This document shows positions 63,718-64,000 of a stretch of DNA of 64,000 nucleotides, one piece after another; positions within the stretch are counted from its first letter, which is position 1; each line of letters starts with the position of its first letter. A model generated the notes under the pieces. That model was not told the DNA's origin. It saw only the letters and a program-made list of their open reading frames with translations, and searched no databases. The DNA lies in assembly GCA_028534125.1 (NCBI GenBank), contig CM052816.1, forward strand, positions 91,700,001 to 91,764,000, given 5' to 3'. The stretch comes from Lama glama. Taxonomy: Eukaryota. The position numbers and the translations under genes are program-made.

Positions 63718-64000
63718 TGTAATAAGGAAGAACAAATCAGACTCCACATTAGATCCGTTCTTTTAGGGCTCTAACCCTGCACTGTTTCCTGTGCTGAGTC
63801 ATGCTGGTTCTACACCTTTTGTACAAGAATGTTGCCTAAACCTGAAATGTACAGGAGAGCCCATTCTCAAGCCTCTGACCTTTAAGGGTATAACACTTTT
63901 CCATTCATATAGCAATAAAACCTTGCAGAACAGAGAATAACATTTGTCTTGTTGGAGGTTTATAGAAACATTGTGACCTGATCTATGAGGACAGCGGCAA
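63718..64000 (+). mobile_element. ERV1 LTR, MER41-like (cetartiodactyl type), runs off the window end
   Basis: Starts TG: 'tgtaataaggaagaacaaatcagactcca', 'gcccattctcaagcctctgacctttaagggtataacacttttccattcatatag', 'aataacatttgtcttgttggaggttta'. Confidence 0.7.

Noticed and set aside
1..64000. CRISPR array, operon or other novel multi-gene system
   Set aside because: Eukaryotic repeat-rich non-coding DNA; no regularly spaced repeat-spacer units and no credible coding genes seen

Overview
AT-rich mammalian genomic DNA, most likely from a camelid (alpaca, llama or camel), inferred from the tRNA-derived SINE type and the L1 3' ends. I find no supportable protein-coding gene, RNA gene or CRISPR-like array. 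The window is intronic or intergenic, with layered transposon fossils: MIR and L2; old L1M/L1MC/L1ME; MaLR, ERVL and ERV1 LTRs; hAT and Tigger DNA transposons; younger L1 3' fragments and SINEs with target-site duplications (TSDs). It also has microsatellites and two 500-N assembly gaps (2700-3199, 39827-40326). The only ORFs with recognisable protein are dead L1 ORF2 fragments. The clearest structural finds are a 5'-inverted (twin-primed) L1 with TSD at 11.5-12.5 kb, a TSD-less young-L1/old-L1 junction spanning an undersized gap at 39-44 kb, and a MER41-like LTR at the right edge. Several repeat-free islands carry candidate enhancer motifs or perfect minus-strand splice donors. I cannot support a claim of a new biological system here. 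Repeat family names come from recalled consensus sequences and need RepeatMasker/Dfam confirmation; boundaries of old elements are approximate.
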